A stretch of 64,000 bases of DNA from Chrysomallon squamiferum (Eukaryota > Animalia > Mollusca), in NCBI GenBank assembly GCA_012295275.1, contig CM022670.1, positions 21,762,001 to 21,826,000 on the forward strand. The letters are read 5' to 3'. A program made the translations under genes and the position numbers. The notes below the pieces were generated by a model. That model saw nothing but the letters and a program-made list of their open reading frames with translations, did not search any database and was not told where the DNA came from. Shown here piece after piece: positions 12,452 through 27,017 of this stretch; the first letter of the stretch is position 1, and each line of letters begins with the position of its first letter.

Positions 12452-15400
12452 AGCATGTAAACAGAATGTTCGTTATGGCGCTGACTGTAAATATCTTTGT
12501 AAGAATCGACATTGTCTTAATGGATCTGTACAGTGTGATACACAGACTGGGTTCTGTCTTGGTGGATGTCGCCCTGGATGGCTGAAGCTAGACTGTACTC
12601 AAAGTAAGCTAAGCGTTTCTCTTTCTGTCTGTCTGTGTGATATGTGTGTGCCTGTAAGCGTTATGCATGTAGTTGTGCATTATGTATGTATGTGTATGGA
12701 TTTGTGTCTATGTATCTATGTCTGTTTATTTATATATATGTGTCTCTGTATGTGTGTGTGTATGTGCGTGTATCACCCTACGTGGATTGCTTCCTACATT
12801 CATGTACGCATTGCGCGTGAATCTGAATGTGCGCGTTTATCTGACACGTTGATAAATGATTTTCCTAATTAAGAGAATATTGAAAACATATTGAAAGGTT
12901 TGCTATTCTGTTTTAGAATGTGAAAATGGGAAATATGGACACGACTGTAATTCTGTGTGTGGTAATTGTAAAAACAAAACATGTCACTTTGTTTCTGGAA
13001 ACTGTCCAAATGGTTGTATTGATGGCTTTGTGGGGGACTTGTGTATACAAAGTAAGTAATCTTGTTTTCTTGAAATAATATCTTTATCAGCATTTTATTT
13101 ATTTACAGTTTCAAGTTTTATGAACAAATTTAAAATTATATATATATATATATTTCCTTTCAGTGAAAGTCATTTTACATTTCTATAAAATAATTTCTGT
13201 AAAAACAGTTTCAGTTCTTTAGTTTCAGATGACTATTGTCTAGTCGTATTTGTCGTAATATATTTTAAACTGTTTTCTATTTGGACGCAAAGTATTTCTT
13301 TATTTTGTAGTAAATTTATTACACATGAGAATATGATATTACGTCTATATTTGTATTGTATTTTATTATAATCTTTCTTATTATTTTGTTGAAGGTATTT
13401 CTGGACCTGAACAAAAAACTTTCATAATTATTGGAAGTGTCATCAGTATTGTTGCAGTCTTTGTAGTTATTCTTGCCCTGATATTTGTATTAATGAGGTA
13501 TCTGCGTCACATTATTTTTGGGGTTAATTTATCTGGTTCATAAACGCACACACACACACACATACTTACAAACGTGCATACATAAATAATACATAGGTAG
13601 CGACTTATATATAAGTGTGTGTGTGCAAAGTACACATTTTTAGTTATCTCTGGAAACGTATTATTGTGTATATGCATATTATTTTATAAACATGATTTAC
13701 ATCAAACTGACAGCAATTTTTAAATTTTCTTTTCTTCTCTGTTAAGACGACGGCGAATGTCTACTAAAGAGAAAACCGAAGATTCAAATCAAGTGAAGTG
13801 GAATTCGAAACAGAATAGAAGTAGAAATGAAACTGGTAAGAATCATCTGTGTAAGAACTTTAATTATCTGTCGATTGAATAAGCTCTTCACCCTCCAATA
13901 AATAAATAAATTAATTAATTAAAACAATTAAAATAAAGAAAAGTAACAAACTAACACATTTAAATAATGAAAAATCCTCTCACTTTTATTCAAAAATGAT
14001 ATTTATACAAAAGGAAACATATACCATACTTCCATGAACTAACTGCAAGGAATAATTTATAAGAAGTTTCATATAGAATGGATGGAGAAAACATAACATT
14101 TGATTAAGAAATCTTTAACTTCTGGCAGGAAGAATTGCAAGAAGAAGAATTTTCGACATTAATAACCTCTTGATAAATAATTTAGTAAAAATATTTTTTC
14201 CTTTTTCTTTCTATCTTTTTATTTAACATTTTTGGAATCTTTTTCCTTTACCTTTTTGGTTTTCTATTTTATTTTTTGTTTTGGTTATTTAAAATTTACA
14301 TCTTTATCAATTTCTTTTGCTTTAATTATTCGACATAGATTATCCTTACGAATTTGCTGATGTCGATTTACCAGCTCGACAGTCTCCAGAAGGAACAGAG
14401 GATGACGGAGAAAAGGAAGAAGACTGTGAAGTTACGTTGACTATTAATTTTCCAGTAGAAAAGACAGATGAACAAGAAGCTGAAACAGCAGCTTCAGTTT
14501 ACTACAACGTGTCTGACGTCCAACTGCCTGAGGGGGGAGATCGGGTCAGTGAACTTTCCACAGTCATTCAGAAAATCAGACGACAACCAGGAGGATTTGA
14601 ATCAGAGTTCAAGGTGTGTGGAATCAAACATATCTTCTAATTATTCCCTTTCTTCTTCTTCTTTTTTTCTTCCTCTTCTACTTCTTCTGTTATTATTATT
14701 ATTATTACTATTATTATTATTATTGATCTTATTCTCCATTATCACCATAACCAAAACATCATTATGACCATTATAATTATTGTTCTTACGTCCATTATTA
14801 TTTTTATTATGATGCAATATTTCTCTAATTACTATCAAAGATAATCATTTTGTTTTTAATTTAACTTTCAGAAACTGGACAACGGATTCACATCGTCATA
14901 TAAAGAATCTCAGGTTCCAGAAAACAAAGAAAAGAATCGATTCAAAGGCTACTATCCATGTAAGTGTGTGAATTAAAACAATTCACACATCAGTTTAGTA
15001 TTTCAATGTCAGTGAAGTTAGAAGTTATCTTAACCTGCTCATGACTCAAATAATTTTGTTGGTCAGTATATTGTTTTCATTATATACCTATTTATGATTT
15101 AACGAATTCCTGTGTCTGAAATGTCTCTGGTTACCCTTCATATACACTGTGTATCCGATATCTCTAATAGTGAATCTTCAAACTACTTCTGATTGTAATA
15201 TAATGTATTTTGAAGATGACAAGAATCGATTAGTTTTAACGATGCTGCCAGATGTAGCACATTCTGATTATATCAACGCCAGCCTCGTTGATGTAAGTCT
15301 TTGCTGTTTCTTAAGTACAATACAAAATATAACAGTAAATACAGCCAGTTATTTAGTATCAGAAGTACATAACTTTTACTATAAACTATTTAATTTCACT

Positions 15401-15687
15401 TCCATATGATACATAGAAACATATGATTTTACGAATATAACCTCAAGATTTCATGATATATACACTGTTACATATGATATGTCGACCATAATGATGTATA
15501 AATGATTACATTATTTAATTCATTGCCGTAACAAAAAGCACTGGAATATAAATATCATAGATAAAGAAAAGTATTCAATTTAAATGTTTGATACAGAATA
15601 GTCAGATAGATTATATTTCAGTTGTAAATATAATAACTTTACGCACATACATACATACATACATACATACATACATACATACATACA

Positions 15688-15735
<48 letters not shown>

Positions 15736-16342
15736 GATAGATAGATAGATAGATATTACAAAGTAATATTACAAAATGAAAATAATTTCTATTGCAGGCT
15801 TATGAAGAAAAGAATTATTTTATTGCAGCTCAAGGTAAATCAAACATTTATTTTATATACTGCTTGTACTACTATCTGCTGCAAAAACAAAGTATATATT
15901 TCCCACACATCATCGAAATCAACTACGGAAACAAATGAAATATATTTCGTTTTAATTTCAGCTCCAAACAAGAAGACATTAAGAGATTTCTGCAGAATGC
16001 TGTGGGAGAAGAAATGTAGTAAAATTATTATGCTTTGTAATCTCGTGGAAGACACCAAGGTACTTTCTTTATAAATGAGCACAAGATGACTAAATCAGTT
16101 CTCTAGTTCCAAAACCTTAGTTTTGCCTCTTGTAAAACATTTAAAAAAAAAAAAAATGATAATGATGATGATGATAATAATGATGATGATGATGATGACA
16201 ATAATAATAATAATAATAATAATAATATCACCACCATTTCCACTGCCATCAATTTTATGATATCTTGGTTTTTGTTTACCTTCTTATTATCATCGTCATG
16301 TTTAATGTTTTTATAGAGATCATTGTAGTGTAGTTTCAACGG

Positions 16343-16380
<38 letters not shown>

Positions 16381-19300
16381 TTAAGGTAAAATGTGAAGCG
16401 TATTGGTCAGATGAAGAGATGAAAACTATAGGACCATTCACAGTTGTTGTCACAGAAAAACTGGAGAAACGTGACTTTGTGATTAGAAACATCTCTCTGA
16501 CACATAGAAAGGTGAGTTAATTCTGCATATATAAATTCATTTTATCGGTAAAAGATTATTACTGTTATTTGTTTTTCTCATTCACTTAATTTATATATTT
16601 ATTTAAAATGGTCCCGAGCAAGTTTTTCTTCTTTGGAGGGGTTGTATGAAGAAGAAAAGAAACTTATTAATTTATCTCAGATTGGAAAGACATTAATTAT
16701 TTACAAAGTGAGAAAATCACTATAAAAATGTCTAAAACTGTATCAGTATAATAAATAAATAAATTAATTAATATATACCTATATCTATATGTATATCTAT
16801 ATATATGTTTCATAGATATTTTCTTTTCTTTATCTTTTTAGATTGGGAAAACTAAAACTTTTCAACATTTTCATTTCATTACCTGGCCAGACCATGGAAT
16901 CCCCAATGTTTATGACTTCACAGAATTTCTGTATCAAGTGCGCAAGTCAAAATCTACACTTCCTGGTCCTGTTCTTGTACACTGCAGGTAGATTACTTCT
17001 ACTAATTATACGTAGACCAATAAAGACGTTTATATTAACGTTATCTTTAAAACGAAGATATTTTACATTTCGTAAGTTATGAATACTAATAATTACATGA
17101 TTTCAGTGCTGGAGTTGGACGAACTGGAACGTATATTGCCCTGGACATTCTACTGGACGAGATGGAGGCTACAGGAAAAGTCGATGTCTTCAAGGTCATC
17201 ACTCAACTGAGAGATCAGCGTAAAGGTCTAGTGCAAACCAAGGTAAAGTTACAAGTTATTTTTATTTGTACACTGTAATTTCGTTTCTTTCTTGTTTTCG
17301 AATTTTATTCCAGTTTTCGATTAAATTTGAATTCTATACATAAGACTCTCGAATATTAGTTTATGCCGTGTTATTCTGATTACAGGAGCAGTATGAAATG
17401 TTGTTTGTCGCTCTACTTGAGATGGCCACGTACGGTGACACAAGCATGGACAACTCAGAGTTTTATCTTAAATATCAACAACAGAAAACTTCTTTCGTCA
17501 TGGGAAAGAAAACTGTGGACGAACTAGCTCTAGTAAGTACAGAATAAAATACTTCGATATTATATAATTATAATTCCTTTAAATGTGGCAAAGAAAGGAG
17601 TGAACCAGGTAGATCCTTAGTAATATCAATTCAAATAAAATATTGTTTCGATTACCTCAGATTTATTAACAAAATCAAAAACAACAGTTAATAGATACAT
17701 ATGGATATTGATACTTTACAGAGATTTCTTTATAGTAAAACCAACTAACATTTTTCGATATTGTTCCTTAATAAATTAATTTTTTAACACCTTTTCTCTT
17801 GATATTGATATCAAACAAATAATATAATGTTTAATTACCTCTGAACTAATGGAAACTATAACAAATAAAATGTTGTTTCGATTCGATCATCCAAAATGTA
17901 GAACGCATTATTAACAAAGCTAGTCTTTATGAATGTAGTCATACCTATGTTACTTTCTTTACTTGTATGAACTGAACTTTATTAAATCAAATAAATTTAA
18001 TGTATAATTATGAACATTTCATGCTGTTTATATTCTTTCAGAAAATTACGTCACCAGATGAAACTGAGAAATCAGGTAAATCTTATAATTATAATTATTA
18101 TTATTACTACTATTATTATTATTATTATTATTATAATAACTGTAATAATAATAGTAATAAGAAGAAGAAAAAGAAGAAGAAGAAGAAGAAGAAGAAGAAG
18201 AAGAAAAAAGAAAATAACAAAAATAATGACAGTAATAATGGTAGTAATTTTGGTTTTCTTGTGAACTACCTGATATAAACCATTATTTCCTAACATAAAA
18301 TTATAAGTAAAGATTGTATTAATTTATTTATTTCACAGAGACTGCGGACAGGAACAAGGTGTGGATTGATGGAAGACAAGATTTTTACGCCCTCTGTCTG
18401 CCTGTGAGTTTTCTATCAGTGTATTACTAAATTGATTACTACTAAATTGATTATTACTAAACTGATTAAACTATTGTTTCCTGACGTCCTGCGTTTTAAA
18501 GAGAATTACAATATTTTGATTTATGTTATTCGATGTAAATGTTTTGGCATTTTTGTCAGATAATGGTTAAGGTAAAACTATGGTAAGTGTTAAATCTAAT
18601 GAATGATTGGTGGATACAATAACGACTAAATTCAATTCAGAATTAATTGACGGAAGCAGAAAGCAAATGGTAGATGCAAAGAGGAACGGATGGTTGAAGA
18701 AATCTTAACGGAGAAGAGCTTACAAACTGAAAGATTTCTGGAAACAAATCATATGAAAAATCTTATTGTTTTGAATAATCTCAGTAAATTTGCTATTTAG
18801 AAATAAGTGTACTTGCTTTTTTGTCTGTGTTTTTGTGTCTGTGTGTATTGATGGATGTATGAGCGGATAGACTTGTAGAATGGATGGATGCATCGTGGAA
18901 TGAACGATGGATAGATGAATGAATGATGGATGAATGAACGGAAGGCTGGATAGATGAATGATGGATGGATGGGTTGAAGTAAAATGGAAGAATAGATCGT
19001 CAATGCTAAGATAATTTTAGTAGAGAAACAAGAGTGTAAAAACTGTAAACATAGTTAGAGGTTAAGCATGATACGGAGATAGGATATGAAAAGTTAACAT
19101 GTAGCAAGCGAGAAAATAAAATATGTATAAAAATCACTGTACGTGCACAAAATCTTCAGAAAGACACATCTTTAATAAAAAATGTTTTATTTTTAGTCTA
19201 AAGTATCTAAACAAGGCTATTTGCTGATACCCCGAGTGAAAGGCACTGAAGAAAGTTTCTGGAAGCTTGTGTTGGAAAATGATTCGTACACCGTCATTAC

Positions 19301-20848
19301 CTTTGATAATGAGGTAAGCAGAGCATTTTCCCAAATATACAACATTTCAGTCTTCAGGATCAGTATATAACATTTGATAACATATATTAAACTAGATGAG
19401 TTAGGAGAATCGTGAGTTTGTTATTATATGTAATTCTGTACATTTCTTAAATTGACTGTCTGCTACATTTTTATTATTTTTGTTGTTTATTTCTCTCTGC
19501 TAAACAATTAACAATTTAGTTAAAATATTTTGAAACTTTATTATTTATTAGTAATAGTATACATCAAATGTGATCTTCATTCTGTTTCTCAATAAAATAT
19601 TGGACGTTTTATTAAACATTATTCAGTTTTATTTATATTATTATCATTTGTATGTAATATTGAACATTTTCATCTTCAGGCTGGCGAAAACTTGATTCCT
19701 CTAAAGAACGAATCAGTAAAACATGGAAAAATCACAGTGACAACTCTTCATCAGACTTCAGTGATACACGAGATAATGGAAAACACACTGGAAGTTGAGA
19801 CACACGTAAATATTGTTTACTATTTATATTAGAAAGACGTAAATATTGTCTATTACCTATATGAATCACACATAGATATATTGTTTATTATGTACATCAG
19901 AAATACGTAAATTTTATTTATAACCTGCATCATAGAGAAATACAAAAAATTTGTAGTGATTATTATCTTCATCAGATATACTATATACTTTAATACTTTC
20001 AGGCTGACAAAGAAAAACGAGAGATACGACATTACTGTATTCACGGATGGTTGCCAACCACTGACTCTGTAACACTGATAACCTGTCTGACAACAATCAG
20101 TGAAATATTACAACAACAAAAAGAGAAGTTTCATCCTGTCACTTTTGTATACAGGTAAGTGTTAGTCTCTGTACTGTTTCATTGTTTAATATATTTTAAG
20201 AAAAATGCTGATGCCCCTATCTGTGTCCATGTGATTATTTTTATTTGTTCATTTATTTATTTTGTTTTTTGTTTCAGAGAATGTGAAGCTAAGAATGTCA
20301 GAACGCTGTGTATAGCAAACAACATTCTGTTTGGTACTAAACTCGACACAGAAGTGGAGATCTTCAACAACATCAGAAGATTGCAAACAATACTTCCTAA
20401 TGTTACATTTACCAAGGTAAAAGTCCGTGGTGTCTTATTATAATGTAACCGTAATTATCTTATAAATGATATTTATAGAGTGCAGATCATCTTTCTATCC
20501 AAGTAACAAAAGCTTATTACTTGTTATTTGTAATATTTTGATTTATGTAATGCTAGTACAATAACAACTAATATCAGTAATGATAAAAATAAGAGTAGTA
20601 AATAAATAAATAAATAAATAAATAATTTTTCGTAGAATATAAGAAATTATGTTTTACTGATTTTCGGATCAGAATATTCGGTTTATCAATGTAAGAATTA
20701 TACATCAGACAGACAGATAGAGATAAATGTTTTTACAAAAATATCGCTATGTGTATTTCAGGATGACTTTGTATTCTTCTGCAACTTGGCTTTCCTCCAT
20801 CTTGAATCTTCCTCAGTGTATGCAAACTGTCCTACATCTCACAACTGA
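7596..20848 (+). CDS. Gene A: receptor-type protein tyrosine phosphatase with F-type lectin + 5 EGF-like repeats + TM + PTP D1/D2 (26 exons, about 1085 aa)
   Basis: Hand-spliced GT-AG exons with consistent phases and no stops: 7596-7674, 8016-8216, 9968-10195, 10442-10594, 10910-11044, 11607-11741, 12454-12603, 12917-13051, 13395-13497, 13747-13835, 14339-14613, 14872-14959, 15216-15292, 15798-15834, 15962-16059, 16386-16511, 16842-16987, 17107-17242, 17386-17532, 18042-18075, 18339-18403, 19197-19313, 19680-19805, 20003-20154, 20278-20416, 20762-20848 (3258 nt, ends TGA). Signal peptide MAAAWIGFYVFLWGFFTFQVHISA; TM FIIIGSVISIVAVFVVILALIFVLM followed by RRRR; PTP motifs KNRF, DYINAS, WPDHG, VHCSAGVGRTG, VQTKEQY. 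Confidence 0.9.
8016..10195 (+). other. F-type lectin (fucolectin/tachylectin-4/pentraxin-1) domain of gene A, exons 2-3
   Basis: NVAKGKTAYQSS..ASTAVDG..HT..WWEVDLG..VKIYFR..RR..C..C..ARYVTV..LEVEVY matches the F-type lectin framework as I know it. The His..Arg-x6-Arg triad is present. Confidence 0.85.
8880..9680 (-). mobile_element. Degenerate Tc1/mariner transposase relic in gene A intron 2
   Basis: Minus-strand frames give ..RDDIVRPDVLP..VLHDDNA.. and, after a frameshift, FLPWQPVPPDLLPTECVWNEMERRL, similar to Tc1 QQDNA and WPxxSPDLNPIExxW. GC-richer than the flanks and absent from the matching gene C intron. Confidence 0.75.
10442..13051 (+). other. Five 8-cysteine EGF-like (MEGF10/SCARF/laminin-EGF-like) repeats of gene A, one per phase 1-1 exon
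   Basis: Exons of 153, 135, 135, 150 and 135 nt, each with a CxxGxYGxxCxxxCxxC..C..G.C..GCxxG(W/F/Y)xGxxC-like pattern. Confidence 0.9.
14872..17532 (+). other. PTP D1 catalytic domain of gene A
   Basis: Motifs KNRF, YINAS, IAAQ, KCEAYW, WPDHGIP, VHCSAGVGRTGTYI, QR..VQT.EQY. Exon sizes 88/77/37/98/136 nt and the intron inside HCS match the usual RPTP D1 exon pattern. Confidence 0.92.
18042..20848 (+). other. Degenerate, catalytically dead PTP D2 domain and C-terminal tail of gene A
   Basis: Exon phases parallel D1. FWKLVLE aligns with the FWxMxWE motif. WPD is replaced by WLP and VHCS by FVYR. The tail ends SVYANCPTSHN*. Confidence 0.75.
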
Positions 20849-22739
20849 AGATTGTCTGTGTGTACATGTGTACATATTTACATGTGTACATATTTACATG
20901 TGTATATATCGTTCTAAAAGAGTTCATATAATTAATTCACTATGTTTAGCTCTTGATTATCAGTTAAATTTTGTTTTCATTTTGGTTTTTAATTGGCGAA
21001 GCTTTTTGTTGAAGACTTTTATAGACAGCAGTTACATTTGTTTTACACAAGGTGAATTTAAACCAAACTGTCTACATGTTAACTGACAGTTTTACATAAT
21101 CTTTATCAATTTGAAATGAATGTAATTGTGCCTAATATTCATGCATTTGTAATTTTAAATAATGTTCCTGTTTTTTTATTTGACATAATTTCTGTAAAAT
21201 AGTATAGATAAATTCTATACATTTAATTATTCGACATACTACAAAACTGACGTTTGATACAGAGCTCATTCTTCACTGAAGTGTGACAGAATGTTTATTC
21301 TTCATTGTAATTATATATTCTGTTCCATTTTTTAAAATATATTTTCTTAAATATTTTTCATTCAAGTTTTATGATGATAGAGAGTGCTTGGCTAGCAAAC
21401 GTTTATTAAAGTGTTTAAAAATAGGAAGTACTGGACGATGTGTTTATATCTAATGTTTCTTCCAAGAATACTTTTGTGGACACATTTTGTTTCAGATTAC
21501 TTAATAAATAAGTATAGTTAAAAGGATGTTATTATTTGTTTTTTTTAATGTTTGTTTTTTTCGTTTTCTTTGAATGAGAATAAATCATTGTAGTTGTTTT
21601 CAATGGTTATAAATTATACTTCGGTCTTGTGTATACTGGAAAATGAACGGTCTATTTTACAATTCATAAATTAGTTCCACAAATTTTTATTTTGAAATTG
21701 TATTTTTCCATGCAAACACGCACATGTTATTTGGACACCAATCGAAGTCAGTTTTGTCTAATTTTTATTCTACGATCTATACACACAGCTGTTCTGGATA
21801 TGTATTGTATTATTATATTCATTCTCTCTGTTCATAGCACTAAACCTAACAGTCTTTATTTCTCTATCTTTACTGATATATCCCTCTTTGTCTGTGACTG
21901 CTTCTGTCTATCTGTTAATCTCTGTATCAAACCATCCATCCATCTATCTATCTATATGTTTATCTTTCTGTTTATGTGTGTCAATTTATTTTACATTAGT
22001 TTCAAATCTGAACTAAATAAAATACACGAAAAAAAAGAAGAAAAACAATAAAAACAAAACAAAGGCAAACAACAAACACACAAAACAACAAGCTGCTCTA
22101 AGCGTCATACACAGTGATCTGTGTCACTCAAGTTTATATGAGAGCCTTTTTCCTGAATGCACTCACGTTTTATTCAACTGACAATAGCAGTGAACTTTTA
22201 CAAGTGTATTTATAGAAAACAGGTTTTGCCGCATTACACATTATGTCTTGTATAAGTTTTATCTTTTCCTTGAAGAGTTGTTATTGTTATTCTTGTGTGT
22301 AAATATATGTGTGGGTATATGTATATACGTGTGTGTGTTTCTATGTATCACTATGTAATCATATAACTATAGATCTTTGTGTGTTTATTAATCTATGCTT
22401 TAAGTATGTAAAACTCTACATATATGCATGGACATACGTCTATTCAATTTTATTTTGTTTAAATAATTATTGTGACTGCTATTGTTGTTGTGGATGATTA
22501 GGTAGTTTTTCATTTGTCGTTGTTTTCCTTTTCGTTCTTATTATTTTTTTTATCGTTTCTGATGACTTCCTCATTTGTATATTTTAAAACATATAAAATA
22601 TTATGTACACGCGTTTTGCGTCTTTTACATAACCATCTGCATCGTCATCAATTCATCATGTGAAAACAAACGGAAGGAGACAATAGGAAAGACAGAGTCT
22701 AGAAATAAAAGACTTCCTAGTTGGCAGGACTAACACAGC

Positions 22740-25700
22740 ATGGCTGCAATGTGCACATTTTTCACTGTTACTGTGTGTTTCATTTTTATATCTCATGTTA
22801 AGATATTCGCAGAGTTTGGTAAGTTAATTCTGATTAACTGTACGAGAAAAAATTACGTTTAGATGTTAGCAGAAGACGCTGAGGTTTATAATTATTTAGA
22901 AATAAGCTTTTCATCTATAAATATCAATTAATCTCCACATCTAGTGCTGATGTATAAACACATATATAGATTATAGCAAATCCTTTAATAACACGTGATA
23001 TTTCCCTGCTTCCTTGTGTTACTATTTTAAATTAATTTTATTCTTTTAATTATAGTTTTAAGCATTGTTTAAAATCTATTTCCAGAATCGCCACTCTCTA
23101 ACTACATTGTTTGCCATCTGTTTCATGAACAAGTTTTTTTGTTTTAATTTGTTTTATTTGTTTTATGATAATACCTATTAGTGAAGTTCTTGTTGCAGAT
23201 TTGTTCATGTATTTTACACGCTTCTTTTACGTTCTAGATAATCCTGAACTATTTCAGATGTAATAGTCAGTGGCATTTTAGACATTATTGATATATTTGG
23301 TTTTCTGTTAGAATTACAGTCGTAATAATTTATCAACTGTTTGTTTCGTTTCGTTTTGTTTTTGTTTTTGTTTCTTTTGAAAGATGATGTGTACAGTTTT
23401 TAACGTTGTTATATAATGCGTGAACGGAAAAAATATGTTAACTTTTGAAGTATTTCTTTGTTTCCAAAACATCTTACAATTTACGTGGACAACAAAAGTG
23501 TTAGTACAATAATGAATTGAATCCGTGATTTTTTCCCCGTTGTTGTTGTTTATTTTATTTTATTTTCGAAAAGAGATAAATTATCATAGAAGTTTGCAGA
23601 GGCCAATTCTGAAATATTTTGTATCAGTGTGTACAAAAGTGTAGACACGCACGTACAAAGACACACATATAACACTATAATTATATTAGTGTATGTATAA
23701 GTCTAGATATATTTTATGAATTCTGGAACCTACTGCGGTCAAGCCTTTAATGCCAATACAAGGTGTTTACTTTAAATAAATAGTAGTTCATTCGCCAAAC
23801 TATCCCACAGTTTGATTTTTTATTAAATGTGTGTGGTAAATAACGATTGGTCTAGAGTAGGTTTCAAAAAACAAATTTCCGAGATCACTGTGTATTAAAT
23901 ACAAACATTTTCATATAAAATATGCTTCAGATGACTAATCTGTCAAAATGATACATTTGAACTTAAAATCCAGAGAATTACGTAAATTAAATATAAAATC
24001 TGGCATTTTAGTTTAGAATTCAATGTTAAATTATGGCATGTAATGGATAAAACAGAACATAAAAGATATATGTGTTTTTCGAATTGATATATCTTACTAT
24101 TTATACCGAAAATACAATGGTAGTTCTACACCTGCAGTAATTATATTACAGACAATTATACTCAGTGTATCAAATATAATAAGTGAAGGAGAGAAGCGAA
24201 GTCACTGCAGGTTGTGGCGAAATAAATAAAAGTAGCGCGGCGCATCTTGTATTTCTGAGAAAAAACAATAAAGTAAACTATTAGTTTAATGCCTATTTGT
24301 ACTGTTTTCTTCTATTTGTGTTATCTTTTAATGACTGGTAGTACATAGAAAGTATGAAAGGAAAATGAGTAACGTGTATGAAATCAAATAAATATATGAA
24401 TATAGAGAATTCATTTATTTTTATACAAGCTGATATTACTGATTGTATGTTAACTTTTTTGTTTGTCGTTTGCTACAGAAAATGTAGCTCTACATAAGCC
24501 AGCCTACCAGAGTTCTTACTACTCAGACGAGTACATGTCACAACGCAGTGCATCACTAGCTGTGGACGGAGAAACTAAAGAGCATGATGACAACTTTATA
24601 CACACAGGGATATATCAGCCTTACACGTGGTGGGAAGTGGATCTAGGAAAACTGTACTTTGTTCATGAAGTGAAAATATATTTCAGACAGGACTGTAAGT
24701 AAATATGTTTCTTTGCCTTTAAACCTTTTTTCTTCTGTACCTTTTCTTTTTTTTTTGTTTTGTTTTGTTTTAATAACATGCAATCATATAATTATACAGC
24801 ACAAAAACAGATATATGTATATATATATATACATACATATATACATATACACATATACATATGAATACATTCATACATACATAAAACCTAGATACAATCA
24901 TACATCATATATGTATACATAAATATTTAAGGCATTCATCTTACTTAATATTAAACTCCTTGAGGAGAATCGTGCACATTCTGCTCTATCTAGAGCCCTC
25001 TAAAGTAAGGCAAGAATTAAACTCGTTCATAAAACCAGCACTAAAAACAAATAATTTAATTTTCAGCATAAATGAACAAAAATTTGGGCAATCGGACAAT
25101 AAATTTACTAATTAAAGTATCTAAACATCTTAAATTTAAAATAATAATGAACAAGAAAACAGACTGTGATCGAGTTAAAGATAATACGTACAGCCAGGCA
25201 AACTGACAAAAATAGAGTCCATTATCACCACTGACAGATACAGCGTCTAAACGTACTATTTAATGATGACACCCTTTTGTTTTAAAGATTCTCAAATCTA
25301 TCACTGCTTAACTTAAGTAAACGTCCTCAACTACAAATATAATTCTATCTGACTCTTAACTTTAATACTTTTAGATCAATGGTCATAAATAATAAAAAGA
25401 AAATTAACCTATAGAAAATAAATGAGTTATAAAATAAGGTAGTTCTATATGCAAAGTCATAGCAAAAGGAAACTGTTCTGTCTACAAATATATATATATG
25501 TTTTTAAACTATTGGCTAGTCAAGAAAAAAAAAATCATATTTAAAGCAAATTTATTTGGCCACTAGAACTTTGAGAGACCTAAACAATACACAGGCAATC
25601 CTTAATAATGAGATTCAGGTAATCCGGGATCAAAATAATCTATCAATAAAGGTGTACTAACTTCAGGTAAAGAAGAAAATCATTATAATAATATTATAGG

Positions 25701-26954
25701 ATTAGGTACACATATTGTAAATATAGCTGGAAACGATAGTTATTTCTTAAACGCAGCCAAAACGTCACTAAAAATATGAATGCAAATATTCGAAATTTCA
25801 TGCTTTATTCGATTAAACAAAAATATGTTGGTTATGGAACCGCCTAATATAAACAATCTATAGAAAAACCGCAAAATTCTTATCACACCAGCTGACAAGG
25901 TATCAACAACTGCCATCTCATTAAGGGTAGATAGATTCGCGAAGTCCATAGACAAGTATAATTATTATTATTTTTTATATCAAATTGGGATAAGAAATAC
26001 ATTTTCTAAACATTTATTTCATTTCAATGTTACTGATCTGTTTAGATGAGTTGCGAAGACAAGGAGTACAGATCTACACAAACACAGCAGTGAATTCATC
26101 TAACACAGGACATCTGTGTGGTACTGTTACTGATATTCCTGATGTCGTGAGTTTCACGTGTAATGTTAATGCCAGATACGTGACTGTTTATCAAGGAACA
26201 GACCATGGCAGCCTTAGTGGTACGACCTTGCATTTTGTAGAAGTTGAAGTATACGGTGAGTTAAAGCGAGCAATGCTTCGTGTTAAACAAATCATAGTTC
26301 AAATGTTTACTTCTAGCACACATTGTTTTCAGCTTTTACTTAGCTCACTAATTCAAATGCCTGATGTCAGGGAACAAATAATTACCCTAACGGTGGTACA
26401 ACCTTGCATTTTTTAGAGACTGAAGTCTATGTTGAGTTATAGAGAACAGTCCTTCTTGCTAATTCTGATTTGAATGTTTGGATGTTGTTAAAGTTTCACA
26501 TTTATTAATTCATTCACACATACCCTGACCCTCATTTTAAACAATCTTTTTCAAATTTTTGAAATAAATGTATTATTAAGATACATTTCATTCACTTTTC
26601 CATATATGTGTTAATTTGTCGATTGGAAACATGAAACCTATCTTCCAAAACTTGTTAATTATTTTTATATATCACAGTGTGACAAGTTATGAGAAAAACG
26701 ATAATATTATATCATATCATATTACATTATATCATATTATATCACAGCGTGTAAACTGAACGTCAAGTTTGGTCCTAACTGTGACAAGTTGTGTAAAAAA
26801 ACGTCACTGTGTTAACACACACTCATCTTGTGACGTACAGACAGGAAAGTGTGACACTGCAGGATGTACGGCAGGATGGACTGGAACAGACTGTACACAA
26901 GGTAATTACATACATAAAATTAACAGGTACATTTTCGTTTTTTATCTACTTTTA

Positions 26955-27017
<63 letters not shown>

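Noticed and set aside
7596-20848. Assigning a vertebrate symbol (PTPRA/PTPRK/MEGF10)
   Set aside because: The domain architecture matches none of them, and orthology needs a phylogeny.
24950-25960. Possible LINE remnant in gene B intron 2
   Set aside because: Complex sequence, but no reverse-transcriptase or endonuclease motif could be recognised.
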